Source of the DNA: Minisyncoccia bacterium
Lineage (GTDB): Bacteria > Patescibacteriota > Minisyncoccia > SW-4-49-11
Assembly (NCBI GenBank): GCA_044356325.1
Contig: JBIKWJ010000001.1
Location: forward strand, 56,305-120,304
Direction of reading: 5' to 3'
Length of the DNA stretch: 64,000 nt
The translations under genes were made by a program, and so were the position numbers. Below are positions 18,233 through 29,063 of this stretch, piece by piece (the first letter of the stretch is position 1; each line of letters opens with the position of its first letter). The notes under the pieces are model-generated. The model made no database searches, was not told the origin of the DNA, and saw nothing but the letters and a program-made list of their open reading frames with translations.

Positions 18233-18667
18233 ATGTCTGAAAGATTTCTCCCCTATGCTGCAGTTTGGGTAATTGTTTACAATGAAAAGCAAGAAATATG
18301 TCTATTAAGAAGATTTAATACGGGGTATATTGATGGGACTTATACCGTACCTGCGGGACATTTGGAGGAAGGTGAGAGTTTACAACAAGGAGCTCATCGT
18401 GAAGCTCTCGAGGAGGCTGGAATTACTATTACAGATAGTAAACTTGTACATACTGCCTATCGTGAGAGAAGGAATGACAGAATTTATATTGATGCATTCT
18501 TTGAAGTGTTAGATTATCAGGGAGAAGTCTATAATGCTGAGCCCAATAAATGTGATGAGGTGATTTGGGTATCTAAAGATAATTTACCCTCTGCTATAGC
18601 TCCTAGCTTGAGATTTGCTCTGGAGGCTATATTCCGAGGGGAGATTTATTCGGAATATGTGGAGTAG
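18233..18667 (+). CDS. NUDIX hydrolase.
   Basis: Nudix box GHLEEGESLQQGAHREALEEAGI. Confidence 0.8.
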   Translation: MSERFLPYAAVWVIVYNEKQEICLLRRFNTGYIDGTYTVPAGHLEEGESLQQGAHREALEEAGITITDSKLVHTAYRERRNDRIYIDAFFEVLDYQGEVYNAEPNKCDEVIWVSKDNLPSAIAPSLRFALEAIFRGEIYSEYVE

Positions 18668-18675
18668 TTAGAAAA

Positions 18676-18806
18676 GCTCAGTCCACACCCGTCACTTCGT
18701 GCCACCCTCGCCAGCGAGGCCTGCCTGCGGTAGGCAGGGACAGTTATTTATGTCCTCCCTTGGGGGAGGTGTCCCTCCCATATTAATATGGGAGGGACGG
18801 AGGAGA
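18676..18806. repeat. GC-rich interspersed repeat, fragment B (inverted relative to copy D).
   Basis: gctcagtccacaccc...cgccagcgagg...cctgcctgcggtaggcagggacag...gggagggacggaggag is the reverse complement of the internal part of copy D (52650-52800). Confidence 0.55.
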
Positions 18807-18878
18807 ATAATGAAATTATTTACAATATACTCTTTTTGTGATATAAATTGGTAGTTGTCTACCCTTGAGGTGGTTTCA

Positions 18879-19115
18879 ATGTCTAAGATTATAGTCTTTA
18901 AGATCCTGTGTATTTCACCTTACCAGATTTATGTCTTTATCAAGAGTCTTACAGATACTGTTGATGAACCTTTAAAAATTGATATTGATCCAAGTGATGG
19001 AGAATTAAGATTTTTCACAGCCCTTCAAACAATTATTGACGATACAGATATTCCTCTAGATATACGACTACAGGCGGAAGCAATGTATGACTCTGAATTT
19101 CTCAGGCATTGCTAA
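18879..19115 (+). CDS. Hypothetical small protein.
   Basis: An ORF of about 79 aa from the ATG at 18879 (the track start at 18855 is a TTG start). No family recognised. A strong terminator follows it. Confidence 0.3.
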   Translation: MSKIIVFKILCISPYQIYVFIKSLTDTVDEPLKIDIDPSDGELRFFTALQTIIDDTDIPLDIRLQAEAMYDSEFLRHC

Positions 19116-19145
19116 CACCCCAATCACTTCCATCAAAAACAATCC

Positions 19146-19171
19146 CCAGCCCCTAAGGGCTGGTTTTTTTC
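19146..19171 (+). terminator. Rho-independent terminator.
   Basis: ccagcccctaagggctgg followed by ttttttt. Confidence 0.6.
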
Positions 19172-19199
19172 ACAGAGGAAACCTTCAGTTGCTTGTATA

Positions 19200-19802
19200 T
19201 TATTTCCTATTCTGAAAAGCAGCGATGAGGGTGTCTTGATCAACATATTCGAGCAAGGTGCCATTGGCAAGTCCCCTACCGAGGCTACTGATATTACCTT
19301 TGAATGATTTGAGTTGTTGGCGAATATATTGGGCGGTTCTATCTCCTTGTGCGGTGGGGCTAGTGGCGATAATAATATCTTGTATATCCTCTGTCTTCAT
19401 CCTCTTTAATAATTCTGGTATATGCAAATCTTCTGGTTGTGATCCTTTGAGTGGGTCTATTACTCCTCCGAGCACATGATAGCGTCCATGAAACACTTCT
19501 ATTCTCTCTATTTGCAATATATCTTCAGCATATTCTATAATACAAATACTGCCTATATCCCTTACACTATTGCTACAAATAGAGCATATATCCCCTTCTG
19601 AGGTATTAAAACAAATTTGGCATTGTTTGATTAATGACTTAATATTATGAATTTCTTTGGCCAATTTAGTAAGATATGTCTGCTCTTGATTAATAAGCCA
19701 ATAGGCATAGCGGGTAGCAGTTTTGCGACCTACTCCTGGTAATTGACGAATATCTTCTATTAACTCCTTGACTGATTCAGGAGGTGTTATTTTACGATTC
19801 AT
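19200..19802 (-). CDS. recR: Recombination protein RecR.
   Basis: 200 aa with a helix-hairpin-helix (LPGVGRKTATRYAYWL), a C4 zinc finger (CQIC...CSIC) and a Toprim domain. Confidence 0.9.
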   Translation of the reverse strand: MNRKITPPESVKELIEDIRQLPGVGRKTATRYAYWLINQEQTYLTKLAKEIHNIKSLIKQCQICFNTSEGDICSICSNSVRDIGSICIIEYAEDILQIERIEVFHGRYHVLGGVIDPLKGSQPEDLHIPELLKRMKTEDIQDIIIATSPTAQGDRTAQYIRQQLKSFKGNISSLGRGLANGTLLEYVDQDTLIAAFQNRK

Positions 19803-19804
19803 AT

Positions 19805-21202
19805 TTATTCATTGTTGTTGTTTTGCTGATGGCGATAGTCAAGATTAATAAAGGTTGCATATTCTTTTTTGAATCCTAAGGTTACTTTTCCAATAGGTCC
19901 ATTTCGCTGTTTGGCTATATGAATTTCAGCTATACCTTTACGCTCTGTATCAGGGTTTTCCCGCTCTTCACGATAAATGAATAATACCACATCGGCATCT
20001 TGCTCAATAGATCCTGATTCTCTAAGGTCAGATAATCTTGGGATTTGTGGAGAGCGGCTTTCTACCGAACGAGATAACTGGGACAGGGCTACAACGGGGA
20101 CATTGAATTCTCGGGCAAGAGACTTCAGGGATCGAGAAATTTCGGATACTTGCTGTACCATATTGTCATTCTTGACACTAGATTCCATCAATTGAAGATA
20201 ATCTACCACTACAAGTCCTAACTCATCTACTTCGGCGAGAATTCTTCGCAATATAGCTCTCATTTTCATAACACTACTTCCTGGGCTATCTTCTATGAAT
20301 AGCTGAGACTTTGATAGAGAGTCAAGAGCTGGAGCTAATTGTTCAAAATCTTGAGGATGAAGTTTTCCTGTTTTCATCTTGAATAAATCTACGCGAGCCT
20401 CGGAGCTAATAAGTCTATCCACTACTTCTTCTTTTGACATTTCAAGACTAAAGAATACCGCTCCTTTACCAGAAGTAATAGCTACATTTTTTATAATTTC
20501 TAGAGCAAGAGAGGTTTTTCCTACCGATGGTCGAGCAGCTAGAATAACAAGATTAGAAGGTTGTAATCCTCCAAGAGCATTATCGAGAGCATCAAAGCCT
20601 GTCTTGACTCCCTTCATCCCAATTCCATTATTATGGACATCATCAATACGGTCAAAAGCATCGTGAAGAGCATCACTCATTTTGACATATTCCTGCTTTA
20701 CCACTTTTTGAGCTACACTAAATACTGCCTGTTCTGCCTGATCAAGAACATGATCAATTTCTTGTGTTTCATCAAATCCGAGTTCTACAATTGAGGAACC
20801 AACCGCAATCAGACGTCTTAATGTTGATTTATGCTTTACGGTATAGGCATAATGTTCAATATGAGCTGAGGATGGTACTAAATCTACAAGATGAGCTAAG
20901 TATTCCTCACCCCCAACTTTATCTAATTCTCCAATTAATTCTAATTTATGGCTAACTGTTAATAAATCTATAGGTTCTTTGCGATTAAATAATTCAATCA
21001 TCATCTGATAGATAGTCCCATTTTTCTCATGATAAAAATCATCTTGAACAAGAATATCTACAATTTTAATCAAAGAATCTGATTCTATTAAAATTGCACC
21101 CAAAACTGATTCCTCCATATCCACTGCTTGCGGAGGAATTTTATTATGAAGTACTGGCTTTTTATCTTCATATTTCTTTGCTGATTTTTGTATAGCTGCC
21201 AT
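19805..21202 (-). CDS. dnaB: Replicative DNA helicase DnaB.
   Basis: 465 aa with Walker A ARPSVGKTSLALEI and RecA-like helicase motifs. Confidence 0.9.
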   Translation of the reverse strand: MAAIQKSAKKYEDKKPVLHNKIPPQAVDMEESVLGAILIESDSLIKIVDILVQDDFYHEKNGTIYQMMIELFNRKEPIDLLTVSHKLELIGELDKVGGEEYLAHLVDLVPSSAHIEHYAYTVKHKSTLRRLIAVGSSIVELGFDETQEIDHVLDQAEQAVFSVAQKVVKQEYVKMSDALHDAFDRIDDVHNNGIGMKGVKTGFDALDNALGGLQPSNLVILAARPSVGKTSLALEIIKNVAITSGKGAVFFSLEMSKEEVVDRLISSEARVDLFKMKTGKLHPQDFEQLAPALDSLSKSQLFIEDSPGSSVMKMRAILRRILAEVDELGLVVVDYLQLMESSVKNDNMVQQVSEISRSLKSLAREFNVPVVALSQLSRSVESRSPQIPRLSDLRESGSIEQDADVVLFIYREERENPDTERKGIAEIHIAKQRNGPIGKVTLGFKKEYATFINLDYRHQQNNNNE

Positions 21203-21207
21203 AATAT

Positions 21208-22893
21208 CTACATTTCATCTAAAGGCTCTATTGTCAAAAGATTTAATCCTTGTTTTAATATACCATTTACTCGCTCTAATAGATATAAGCGATTATTTTT
21301 TATTTTCTCATCGCTTTCTTTCAAAATAGGGGTCGAATGATAATAAGAATTCAATAATTCTGCTAATTCATACAAATAATGAGCAATATGAGATGGATCA
21401 TATTCTCGAGCTGAATAATCTCTGATTTCACTAAATTTAGCTAATTTGATAATGATTTGACCTTCAATATCATTAAACTGTACTCCTTCCTCATAATAAT
21501 ATGGGTTAGCTTTTTTTAATATGGAATTAATTCGAGCATACGCATACAGAATATAGGGCCCAGTTTTACCTGTTAGGCTAATGGAGGATGAAATATCAAA
21601 GACTATATCTTTTTTGGTAGAAATTGCTAAAATATAATAGATATAGCTAGCTCGAGCAATAAGCTCAATACGACGAGTTTGTTCTTCTTCTGATAATACA
21701 CTGTCTTTAAAATAGATTTCTCTTACATTATCTTCTATCTCAGCAATAAGCGGGTCTGCATTGACTATAGTCCCCTTTCTAGAACTCATTTTACCCTCTG
21801 GAAGCCTGAATAGTCCATATCCAATATGATATAGCCCTTCTTGTTTTATTCCAAGCTGTTTAGCTATTGCAAAATTTTGCTGGAATTGAAGATTTTGTGA
21901 GAAATCGGTAATATAAATAATCTTATCAGCCCCATAACATTTTGACTTCTCTGAAAGTCTATATTGTAATAAAAATAAATCTTGAGTAATATAAAGAGCA
22001 GTCCCCTGGGAACGTAAAACAATTTTATTCGGTAATCCAAATTCTTCTAAATCCGCATAAATATAACCATCTGTTGGATGTTTTTTGAATACACCTCGAG
22101 CAAGACCATCTTGAACAATATCTTTACCTTGTTTATAAATGTCTGATTCATATATGTCTTCGTCAAAAGAAGTTCCTAGTTTGCGATAGGTTATTTGCTG
22201 TCCTTCTATGACCCAGTTTCTCAGCTTAAGCCAAATATCATACCAATATGTATCTCCTGATTCCCATTTGCTTAATATTTCTTGTGCTTCATCGATAAAT
22301 TCAGGGTTTTCCTCTAGTTTATTCTCAAATTCAATATACAAATCTCCTGCATAATGATCAGATTTACCAGTTGGGATTTCATCCTTATGAAATTTATCAT
22401 AAATCAGCATCATTTTGGCAACCGCAATACCTCTATCATTAATGATTTCCGTTTTAATAACTTGATGCCCCTCGGAAGATAGAATTCTATATAATGATTC
22501 CCCTAAAGCAATATTACGAATATGTCCTAAATGAAGAGGTTTATTGGTATTAGGTGAGGCAAATTCAAGGGCAATTTTTTTCTTAGTAGTTGCTTGTGTA
22601 AGTAAGTTGTCCCCCACATGCCACACTAAATATTCTAATTTAATAGTGATATTGACATAGGCATTTACTATGGTAACAGATTTTATATACTCTATATCTT
22701 TGAGTTTTTCTTGTAACTCAATAGCTATATCTTGAGGTGATTTTTTGAGAATTTTGGCAAAAGCAAAACAAGGAATAGCTAAATGCCCAAATTGAGAATC
22801 AGGATATTCAAACTCAATTCTGATATCCTCATCTATTAGTAAAAATACTCGGATTTGCTTTTCTAAATCCTCTCTAATCTTCTGTAACTGCAT
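21208..22893 (-). CDS. argS: Arginyl-tRNA synthetase.
   Basis: 561 aa with the HIGH motif PLHLGHIRN and a KMSKS-like motif KMSSRKG. Confidence 0.9.
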   Translation of the reverse strand: MQLQKIREDLEKQIRVFLLIDEDIRIEFEYPDSQFGHLAIPCFAFAKILKKSPQDIAIELQEKLKDIEYIKSVTIVNAYVNITIKLEYLVWHVGDNLLTQATTKKKIALEFASPNTNKPLHLGHIRNIALGESLYRILSSEGHQVIKTEIINDRGIAVAKMMLIYDKFHKDEIPTGKSDHYAGDLYIEFENKLEENPEFIDEAQEILSKWESGDTYWYDIWLKLRNWVIEGQQITYRKLGTSFDEDIYESDIYKQGKDIVQDGLARGVFKKHPTDGYIYADLEEFGLPNKIVLRSQGTALYITQDLFLLQYRLSEKSKCYGADKIIYITDFSQNLQFQQNFAIAKQLGIKQEGLYHIGYGLFRLPEGKMSSRKGTIVNADPLIAEIEDNVREIYFKDSVLSEEEQTRRIELIARASYIYYILAISTKKDIVFDISSSISLTGKTGPYILYAYARINSILKKANPYYYEEGVQFNDIEGQIIIKLAKFSEIRDYSAREYDPSHIAHYLYELAELLNSYYHSTPILKESDEKIKNNRLYLLERVNGILKQGLNLLTIEPLDEM

Positions 22894-22896
22894 ATT

Positions 22897-23985
22897 TTAA
22901 AATAGCTTGATAATATCTTTGACTGTAACCAATAACATTAATAACAATAGAATACTATATCCGACTAGATGAAATCTATTCTCCACTGCTTGGCTCATAG
23001 GAGATTTTTTAATCCACTCTATAATTACAAATACGATTCTCCCTCCATCAAGAGCCGGTATAGGCAATATATTGAATAATGCTAAACTGGTACTAATAAG
23101 CCCTATAAAGGTAATTATATAAGTAAGTCCCAAATCTTGAAAATCTCCTACAACTTGTACGAGTCCCACTGGGCCCGTAACCTCTGCCCCTGGTGGAAGT
23201 GGGGCTCTCGTGAATATACTTGCTATCATTTGTCCAAGCATAGAAAGAGTGGTAATGACAATAACATAAATTCTTACAAAAGCTAATTTGAATGATTCAA
23301 AAAATGATAATTTTTGTAATCCAGTGAGTTCAATAGTAATACCGGTAGCACCCTCTCCTTTTGGAGGATTTTCTCGAGGGGTGATATTTTTGGTAATAGT
23401 CTCTGACCCACGACTTATAACAATATCTATAGATTTACCAGCATTGGCATTAATAATATCTGAAACTTCTGATTGAGTTACAACTTTAATACCATTTACG
23501 GATTGAATTTCATCTCCAAATCTCAAACCAGCTTTTTTTGCTGGGGAGTCTTCAGCTACACTAGTAATAAGTGTTGTGATATTACTATATTTGCCAGAAT
23601 TTATATCAGATTTATCAATTTGTACTTGAGTTCCGAGCATACCCACAATAGTAAAAGCAACTACTGCAATAATAATATTCATTATTACTCCCGCTGAGAG
23701 AATAGCAATTCTTTGCCATGGTTTTTTGGATGCAAATGACTGAGGATTATCTCTATTATCCCCCTCTTCTCCTAATAATTTTACATAACCGCCTATAGGA
23801 AGTGCATTAATATTGTATTCTGTGTCACTGTTCTTCGGCTTAAATCCCCAAATTTTAGGAGGCAGTCCAAATCCAAATTCTTCTACCTTAACTCCATTCC
23901 AGCGAGCTACAATAAAATGTCCAAATTCATGACCAATGATTACGATTACGAGTATTCCAAAAAATAATAAAAGTGTTATGAGCAT
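22897..23985 (-). CDS. rseP: Site-2 (M50) zinc metalloprotease RseP.
   Basis: 362 aa with HEFGHFIVA (HExxH), a PDZ domain, a C-terminal LDGG motif, and multiple transmembrane helices. Confidence 0.85.
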   Translation of the reverse strand: MLITLLLFFGILVIVIIGHEFGHFIVARWNGVKVEEFGFGLPPKIWGFKPKNSDTEYNINALPIGGYVKLLGEEGDNRDNPQSFASKKPWQRIAILSAGVIMNIIIAVVAFTIVGMLGTQVQIDKSDINSGKYSNITTLITSVAEDSPAKKAGLRFGDEIQSVNGIKVVTQSEVSDIINANAGKSIDIVISRGSETITKNITPRENPPKGEGATGITIELTGLQKLSFFESFKLAFVRIYVIVITTLSMLGQMIASIFTRAPLPPGAEVTGPVGLVQVVGDFQDLGLTYIITFIGLISTSLALFNILPIPALDGGRIVFVIIEWIKKSPMSQAVENRFHLVGYSILLLLMLLVTVKDIIKLF

Positions 23986-23986
23986 A

Positions 23987-24541
23987 TTAAATAGTTAAAA
24001 TTTGTTGTTCTTTTTTCTTAGATATTGTTTCTAATTCAGCTTGATACTCTTTGGTATATGTATCAATTTGTTCAAAGTCTTTATATTGTTCATCCTCAGA
24101 AATTTCTTTATTTTTCAGTTGATTTTTGACTGTATTGCGAGCTTCATCTCTTACTTGCCTTAAGGCTGTCTTGAATTCTTCTGCCTTATGATTTAATTCT
24201 TTGACAAGAGCAAGTCGTCGCTCTTCAGTGGGTACAGGAATTACAAGCCTAACTCCTGCACTCTCAGAAATAGGATTAAGTCCTAAATGAGTAGCTTGCT
24301 GTATAGCTTTTTCAATTCCTGCAATACTTGATTTATCCCATGGACTGATCAAAATAACTCTTGGCTCTGGTATACTGATTGAGGCAATTTGTTTGATAGG
24401 GGTAGGGGTTCCATAATAATCAACAGTAATACTATCAATCAAATCAATACTAGCTTCTCCCGTACGCAATGATTGTATATCTTTTTGAAATGCTTCAATG
24501 GTTTTTTGGAATTGTTGTTTAATCTCTGGAGTATTTAGCAT
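23987..24541 (-). CDS. frr: Ribosome recycling factor.
   Basis: 184 aa of typical RRF sequence (...RTGEASIDLIDSITVDYYGTPTPI...). Confidence 0.9.
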   Translation of the reverse strand: MLNTPEIKQQFQKTIEAFQKDIQSLRTGEASIDLIDSITVDYYGTPTPIKQIASISIPEPRVILISPWDKSSIAGIEKAIQQATHLGLNPISESAGVRLVIPVPTEERRLALVKELNHKAEEFKTALRQVRDEARNTVKNQLKNKEISEDEQYKDFEQIDTYTKEYQAELETISKKKEQQILTI

Positions 24542-24548
24542 ATATATC

Positions 24549-25628
24549 TTAATTAGTTCCTAAATATAGTATATCACTTTTTTCTTTATCTATTAAGAGA
24601 GTAGATATATTCTTGATAGTGGAGGACAAATCACTCGTATTCCAACTCTCTCCTCTATTAGAGGATGTATATAATACAGATCCCACAGTATAATATATCA
24701 CATTAGAGTTGGAGCTACTTATAGAAATATTATTTACTGGTAAAGATAGGTTTGGAGTAAGTATACGAATATTTTCCCATGTTTTTCCGAAATCTCGGGT
24801 TCTAATTAATTCTCCCGTACTACCAATATATATTTCTTTTGAGTCACTCGGGTTTATTGCAAATGAGGTGATTTGAGATCCTGTGACGGCTCTTTCTCTC
24901 AGTTTTGGAGTAGAAGCTTCAAAAGTAAATCCTCCATCTTGGCTTACAAATAATTGAGTAAGTCCAATAGCTGAGATAATATCTGGATTATTTTGATCTA
25001 GAGAAAGGCCTAATGTTGTATCCTTAAAATTATATGCCAAAACCCAATCTAATCCTTTATTATAAGACTTTAACAATACTCCACTTGATAATAATCCATA
25101 GACAATATTATCATTTTTAGGATTTACCCGAATTGACACAAAAGCTGTACCACTTTTAGGCTCAGTATATGCTTCTGGCCAACTGGCGTCTTTAGATCCA
25201 TTTGTAGTTCTATATAATCTCGCTCTTTTTGAAGTAATAGCTCCAATATATATATCATTACTATTATTAGGATTTACTGCAAATGTATTCCCAATAACTG
25301 GTGAATTAAATACAATATCCCAACTTTCTCCCCAATTAGAACTTTTAAATAGTCCTCCTGTATTAGTGAAGGCAAAAATATCATTTCCAGCACCATATTT
25401 GAGGTCTATAGCATTACGGCTAAGATTAATTTTATTATCTCCATTTACTTTCGATATCGGATCAAATGTACGACCTCCATCAATAGATTTCCATACTGCT
25501 CCTGTTACCCGAGCTTGTGAATTATTATTTGAGGAAGGAATAGAAATAGGAGAAGAATTATTCAAAATAATTCCTGCTACAATTAATATCCCGACAAGTA
25601 TAGTAAGTGGTATAATTAAAACCTTCAT
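24549..25628 (-). CDS. Secreted BNR/Asp-box repeat beta-propeller protein (Ycf48/sortilin-like).
   Basis: 359 aa with a signal-anchor and repeated S-x-D-x-G-x-T-W/F-like boxes: DGGRTF, NWGESW, NKGLDW, QDGGFTF, RDFGKTW, NRGESW. Confidence 0.5.
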   Translation of the reverse strand: MKVLIIPLTILVGILIVAGIILNNSSPISIPSSNNNSQARVTGAVWKSIDGGRTFDPISKVNGDNKINLSRNAIDLKYGAGNDIFAFTNTGGLFKSSNWGESWDIVFNSPVIGNTFAVNPNNSNDIYIGAITSKRARLYRTTNGSKDASWPEAYTEPKSGTAFVSIRVNPKNDNIVYGLLSSGVLLKSYNKGLDWVLAYNFKDTTLGLSLDQNNPDIISAIGLTQLFVSQDGGFTFEASTPKLRERAVTGSQITSFAINPSDSKEIYIGSTGELIRTRDFGKTWENIRILTPNLSLPVNNISISSSNSNVIYYTVGSVLYTSSNRGESWNTSDLSSTIKNISTLLIDKEKSDILYLGTN

Positions 25629-25631
25629 ATA

Positions 25632-26474
25632 TTAAGGGTGTATAGATAATAGAAATTGCTCAATTGCAAGGGTGTTTTTTCGATTACTAAATAATAATGT
25701 TTTTTTCAAAGTATCTAATTCTTTCAATGCAGTATAATGCCATTCTAGAGAGTTTATGGTAATAATTTTATCTAACAATTCTCTCAAAGATTCGGATAAT
25801 CTAATATTAGTATATCGTGTCTTATCCGTAGTTGCAAGTATACATAACCAATGAATACTTTCCCAGATGAATATTACTAATTCTATAGGATACTGATCAA
25901 TATCCTGAGTAAATGCAAATATTTCTAATGATTCTTTTTGAAGTATACCGATATAAGATATCCACAAATTATCTATAAGCTGTTTTAATTCGATATTTTG
26001 CTCTATTTCTAAGACTAAATCTCTATGCCCTAAATATATATCTTTTGCGATATCATTATCTATATATACCGATAAACATCGAGAATATATCGTTGGTAAT
26101 AATTGATGATATACACCTAAAAGAATAATAATACTATGTTCTCCTGGCTCTTCAATTAATTTTAATAATGCATTCTGTGCTTCTTTATTCAAAAAGTCAG
26201 CATCTTCAATAACACAAAAGCTATATTTACCGTATAAAGGTGAATTATAGATATTTTGCTTTATACTCTGTATATCCTTTAGACCTAAACTTGATGAAAC
26301 CGGAGATTTAGAAACCCAGGTAATATCGGGCGAGTTGAGAGGGATATAATGTTGTATAATATCTTGTGTAAGAGATTTTTGTCCAGATTTATAACCACCC
26401 TCAATCAAAAAGGTTTGACTATGATGATTATCAATATGTTCAAATATAAGGTTTTTTGCTTGATTATATATCAT
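25632..26474 (-). CDS. holB: DNA polymerase III delta-prime-like clamp-loader subunit.
   Basis: 280 aa. ...SFCVIEDADFLNKEAQNALLKLIEEPGEHSIIILL... matches the delta-prime box. Walker A is degenerate (GGYKSGQKS). Confidence 0.55.
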   Translation of the reverse strand: MIYNQAKNLIFEHIDNHHSQTFLIEGGYKSGQKSLTQDIIQHYIPLNSPDITWVSKSPVSSSLGLKDIQSIKQNIYNSPLYGKYSFCVIEDADFLNKEAQNALLKLIEEPGEHSIIILLGVYHQLLPTIYSRCLSVYIDNDIAKDIYLGHRDLVLEIEQNIELKQLIDNLWISYIGILQKESLEIFAFTQDIDQYPIELVIFIWESIHWLCILATTDKTRYTNIRLSESLRELLDKIITINSLEWHYTALKELDTLKKTLLFSNRKNTLAIEQFLLSIHP

Positions 26475-27585
26475 TGTTATGAGTAGTCGTAACGGTATTA
26501 ATATATGTTTTTATCTCTTCAATAAATCGTTTGGTGCTGAATTTCTCTGCATGACAACGAATAAAGGCTGTATCATAGGTTTTTTCTGTAACTCTTCGTA
26601 CTCCATCTGCTAATAACTCTACTATTGGAGCATCAAAAAATTCTCCTGTCTTACCCTCGATAATAGTCTCCAAAGCTCCCCCTTCTCGGAGGGCCAATAC
26701 GGGTTTTCCTGCTGCCATTGCTTCAACAGGAGCAATACCAAAATCATCGGATCCCGCAAAAATAAATCCTCGACAATTTTGATAATATTCTACCGTAGTC
26801 TCATCATCCAAAAATCCTTTTATCTCTACATTTGATTCGGCTAATTTTTCTAATCTTTGGCGTTCTGGACCATCCCCAATAATTATAAGCGGAATTTTTA
26901 ATTTGTTAAAAGCTTCTACTGCAATATCTATATTTTTGTAAGGAGTTAATTGGGAAACAATAAGAAAATAATCTTTATGTGATTTTGTGGCTTTAATTCT
27001 ATTCACATCTACCGGGGGATAAATTACTACTGAGTCTTTGCGATAGTACTTTTTGATACGCGATTGAGTGAGTTTAGAATTTGCAATAAAATAATCTACT
27101 CTGTCAGCCGCCTGTCTATCCCATTGACGTAAATAATGAGTTAAAAGGAGAATTAAAAAATTTCCCATATTTCCTTTTTCTTGTTGTTTACGATAAGAAT
27201 GAAAAGCATTCCAAATAAAGGTGGATGGTGCATGGCAATAGGAGATATGGATAGCCTGAGGCTTGGTAATTACTCCTTTTGCAAAAGAATTAGAACTTGA
27301 GATAATAAGATCATATTGACTTAAATCAAATGACTCCACAGCAGATGGCAAAAAAGGAGCCAAAAATTTCACTCTTGACGTTAACCAGTTAGGAAAATTA
27401 TTGACAAAACTGGTATACACCTTATCAGGTGGAAATACCTCCCCTACTTTAGCCTCATTATATAATAAGGTATATATATCTGCTTCAGGGTATATATCTG
27501 ATATATGTTTTAATACTCGCTCAGCTCCTCCAAGACGAGTTAGATATTCGTGAATTAAAACGATTTTATTTTTCTTTTTACTCAT
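26464..27585 (-). CDS. GT4 family (group 1) glycosyltransferase.
   Basis: 373 aa with the C-terminal ...FAGSDDFGIAPVEAMAAGKPVLALREGG... E-x7-E region. Confidence 0.75.
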   Translation of the reverse strand: MSKKKNKIVLIHEYLTRLGGAERVLKHISDIYPEADIYTLLYNEAKVGEVFPPDKVYTSFVNNFPNWLTSRVKFLAPFLPSAVESFDLSQYDLIISSSNSFAKGVITKPQAIHISYCHAPSTFIWNAFHSYRKQQEKGNMGNFLILLLTHYLRQWDRQAADRVDYFIANSKLTQSRIKKYYRKDSVVIYPPVDVNRIKATKSHKDYFLIVSQLTPYKNIDIAVEAFNKLKIPLIIIGDGPERQRLEKLAESNVEIKGFLDDETTVEYYQNCRGFIFAGSDDFGIAPVEAMAAGKPVLALREGGALETIIEGKTGEFFDAPIVELLADGVRRVTEKTYDTAFIRCHAEKFSTKRFIEEIKTYINTVTTTHNNDI

Positions 27586-27586
27586 A

Positions 27587-29062
27587 CTATTTTTCTCTCT
27601 TCATTAATGGGAAGGCGGTAGTTTCTCGAATTGGTTTTTGCATCAAGACACTAAATAATCTCTCAGAATAAGCAAATCCACAAGTTGGAGGAATTCCATA
27701 TTCTAAAGCCTCTACAAAATCTCTATCTATCATCATAGCTTCATCATCTCCCTGCTCTCTCAGATCTTGTTGTTCCTCAAATCGAGCCAATTGATCAACT
27801 GGATCATTGAGCTCTGCAAATCCATTGGTTAATTCAGAGCCATAGGCTATAAGTTGAGCTCTAAAAGTTTGATCTGTATTTTCATGTTTTCGTTTAGCTA
27901 GCGGAGACAATGCTACAGGGTGATCCGTAAGCCAAACAGGCTCTATACATTTTGGTCGAGCGGTTTTTTTATAAATCAAATCAACTAATCTTCCATATCC
28001 ATCTGTTTTATTATAATGTAATCCTAAATCATCAGCTAATGCTCGTAATTTTTCTACCGTATCATATTCTTGCAATGAGATATTAGCAAATTTCTCTACA
28101 AATGCATAATAGGATAAGCGTGGCCAATTACCACTCCAATCAATAATCTTATCTTTATATGTTAATTCTAAAGTATCAAAAGTATTTTGAATTACATATT
28201 TAATTAATTGTTCAGAAAATTGCAACATTTTCTCAAAATCTAAATAGGCCCAATAAAATTCAAATTGAGTATATTCTTGTAAATGCTCATCATCTATACC
28301 TTCATTACGATAATTTTTATCTATATCGAATACTCTCTCAAATCCTCCTGCAATATATCGTTTTAAGAATAATTCTGAACTAATTCTGAGATAAAAATCC
28401 TCATCTAAAGCATTATGATGAGTTGAGAATGGAGTCGCCTCAGCTCCGCCTGTAGTATGCTCAAGGGTTGGAGCTTGTAATTCCAAAAAATCATACCGCA
28501 ACATATATTCTCTTGTTGCTTGCCAGAATTTGCTTTTCTTTCTAAATATCTCTCTGACTTCAGGATGAAGTTTCATATCAATATATCTTTTACGATATTT
28601 TATTTCTATATCATCTAATTGCTCAGGAAGAGACCGTAAGGATTTAGTCAATATCCGATATTCAGACACAAAAACACTAGGCTCCCCTCTTTGAGATAAA
28701 TCTAATATTCCCGTAACTTGAATATAATCTCCTCTATCTACCAATTCCTTAAAATCCTCAAATATTAATGAGCTTGATTCTAATAAATCAGATTTAAAAA
28801 TAAATTGAAACCCCTCAGGTAAAGAATCATCCTCTACCGTAGTGAATCCAATTTTTCCTGATAACCGTAATGATTTGATATATCCTGCTACCGTCACACC
28901 TGTACCTTTGAGAGCTTCAAATTTTTCACTTAATTCTCGCAAAGTCATATCTCTTTTGACCTGTTCAGTATAAGGATTATTGCCCTTAATTTGCAATAAT
29001 TTAGATTTTTCTATACGATTATTACGCTCAACTTCAATAGCTGTAAGTGTAGAATTTACCAT
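27587..29062 (-). CDS. lysS: Lysyl-tRNA synthetase (class II).
   Basis: 491 aa with class II motifs (FLELQAPTLE, ...YRNEGIDDEHLQEYTQFEFYWAY...) and an N-terminal OB-fold anticodon-binding domain. Confidence 0.8.
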   Translation of the reverse strand: MVNSTLTAIEVERNNRIEKSKLLQIKGNNPYTEQVKRDMTLRELSEKFEALKGTGVTVAGYIKSLRLSGKIGFTTVEDDSLPEGFQFIFKSDLLESSSLIFEDFKELVDRGDYIQVTGILDLSQRGEPSVFVSEYRILTKSLRSLPEQLDDIEIKYRKRYIDMKLHPEVREIFRKKSKFWQATREYMLRYDFLELQAPTLEHTTGGAEATPFSTHHNALDEDFYLRISSELFLKRYIAGGFERVFDIDKNYRNEGIDDEHLQEYTQFEFYWAYLDFEKMLQFSEQLIKYVIQNTFDTLELTYKDKIIDWSGNWPRLSYYAFVEKFANISLQEYDTVEKLRALADDLGLHYNKTDGYGRLVDLIYKKTARPKCIEPVWLTDHPVALSPLAKRKHENTDQTFRAQLIAYGSELTNGFAELNDPVDQLARFEEQQDLREQGDDEAMMIDRDFVEALEYGIPPTCGFAYSERLFSVLMQKPIRETTAFPLMKREK

Positions 29063-29063
29063 A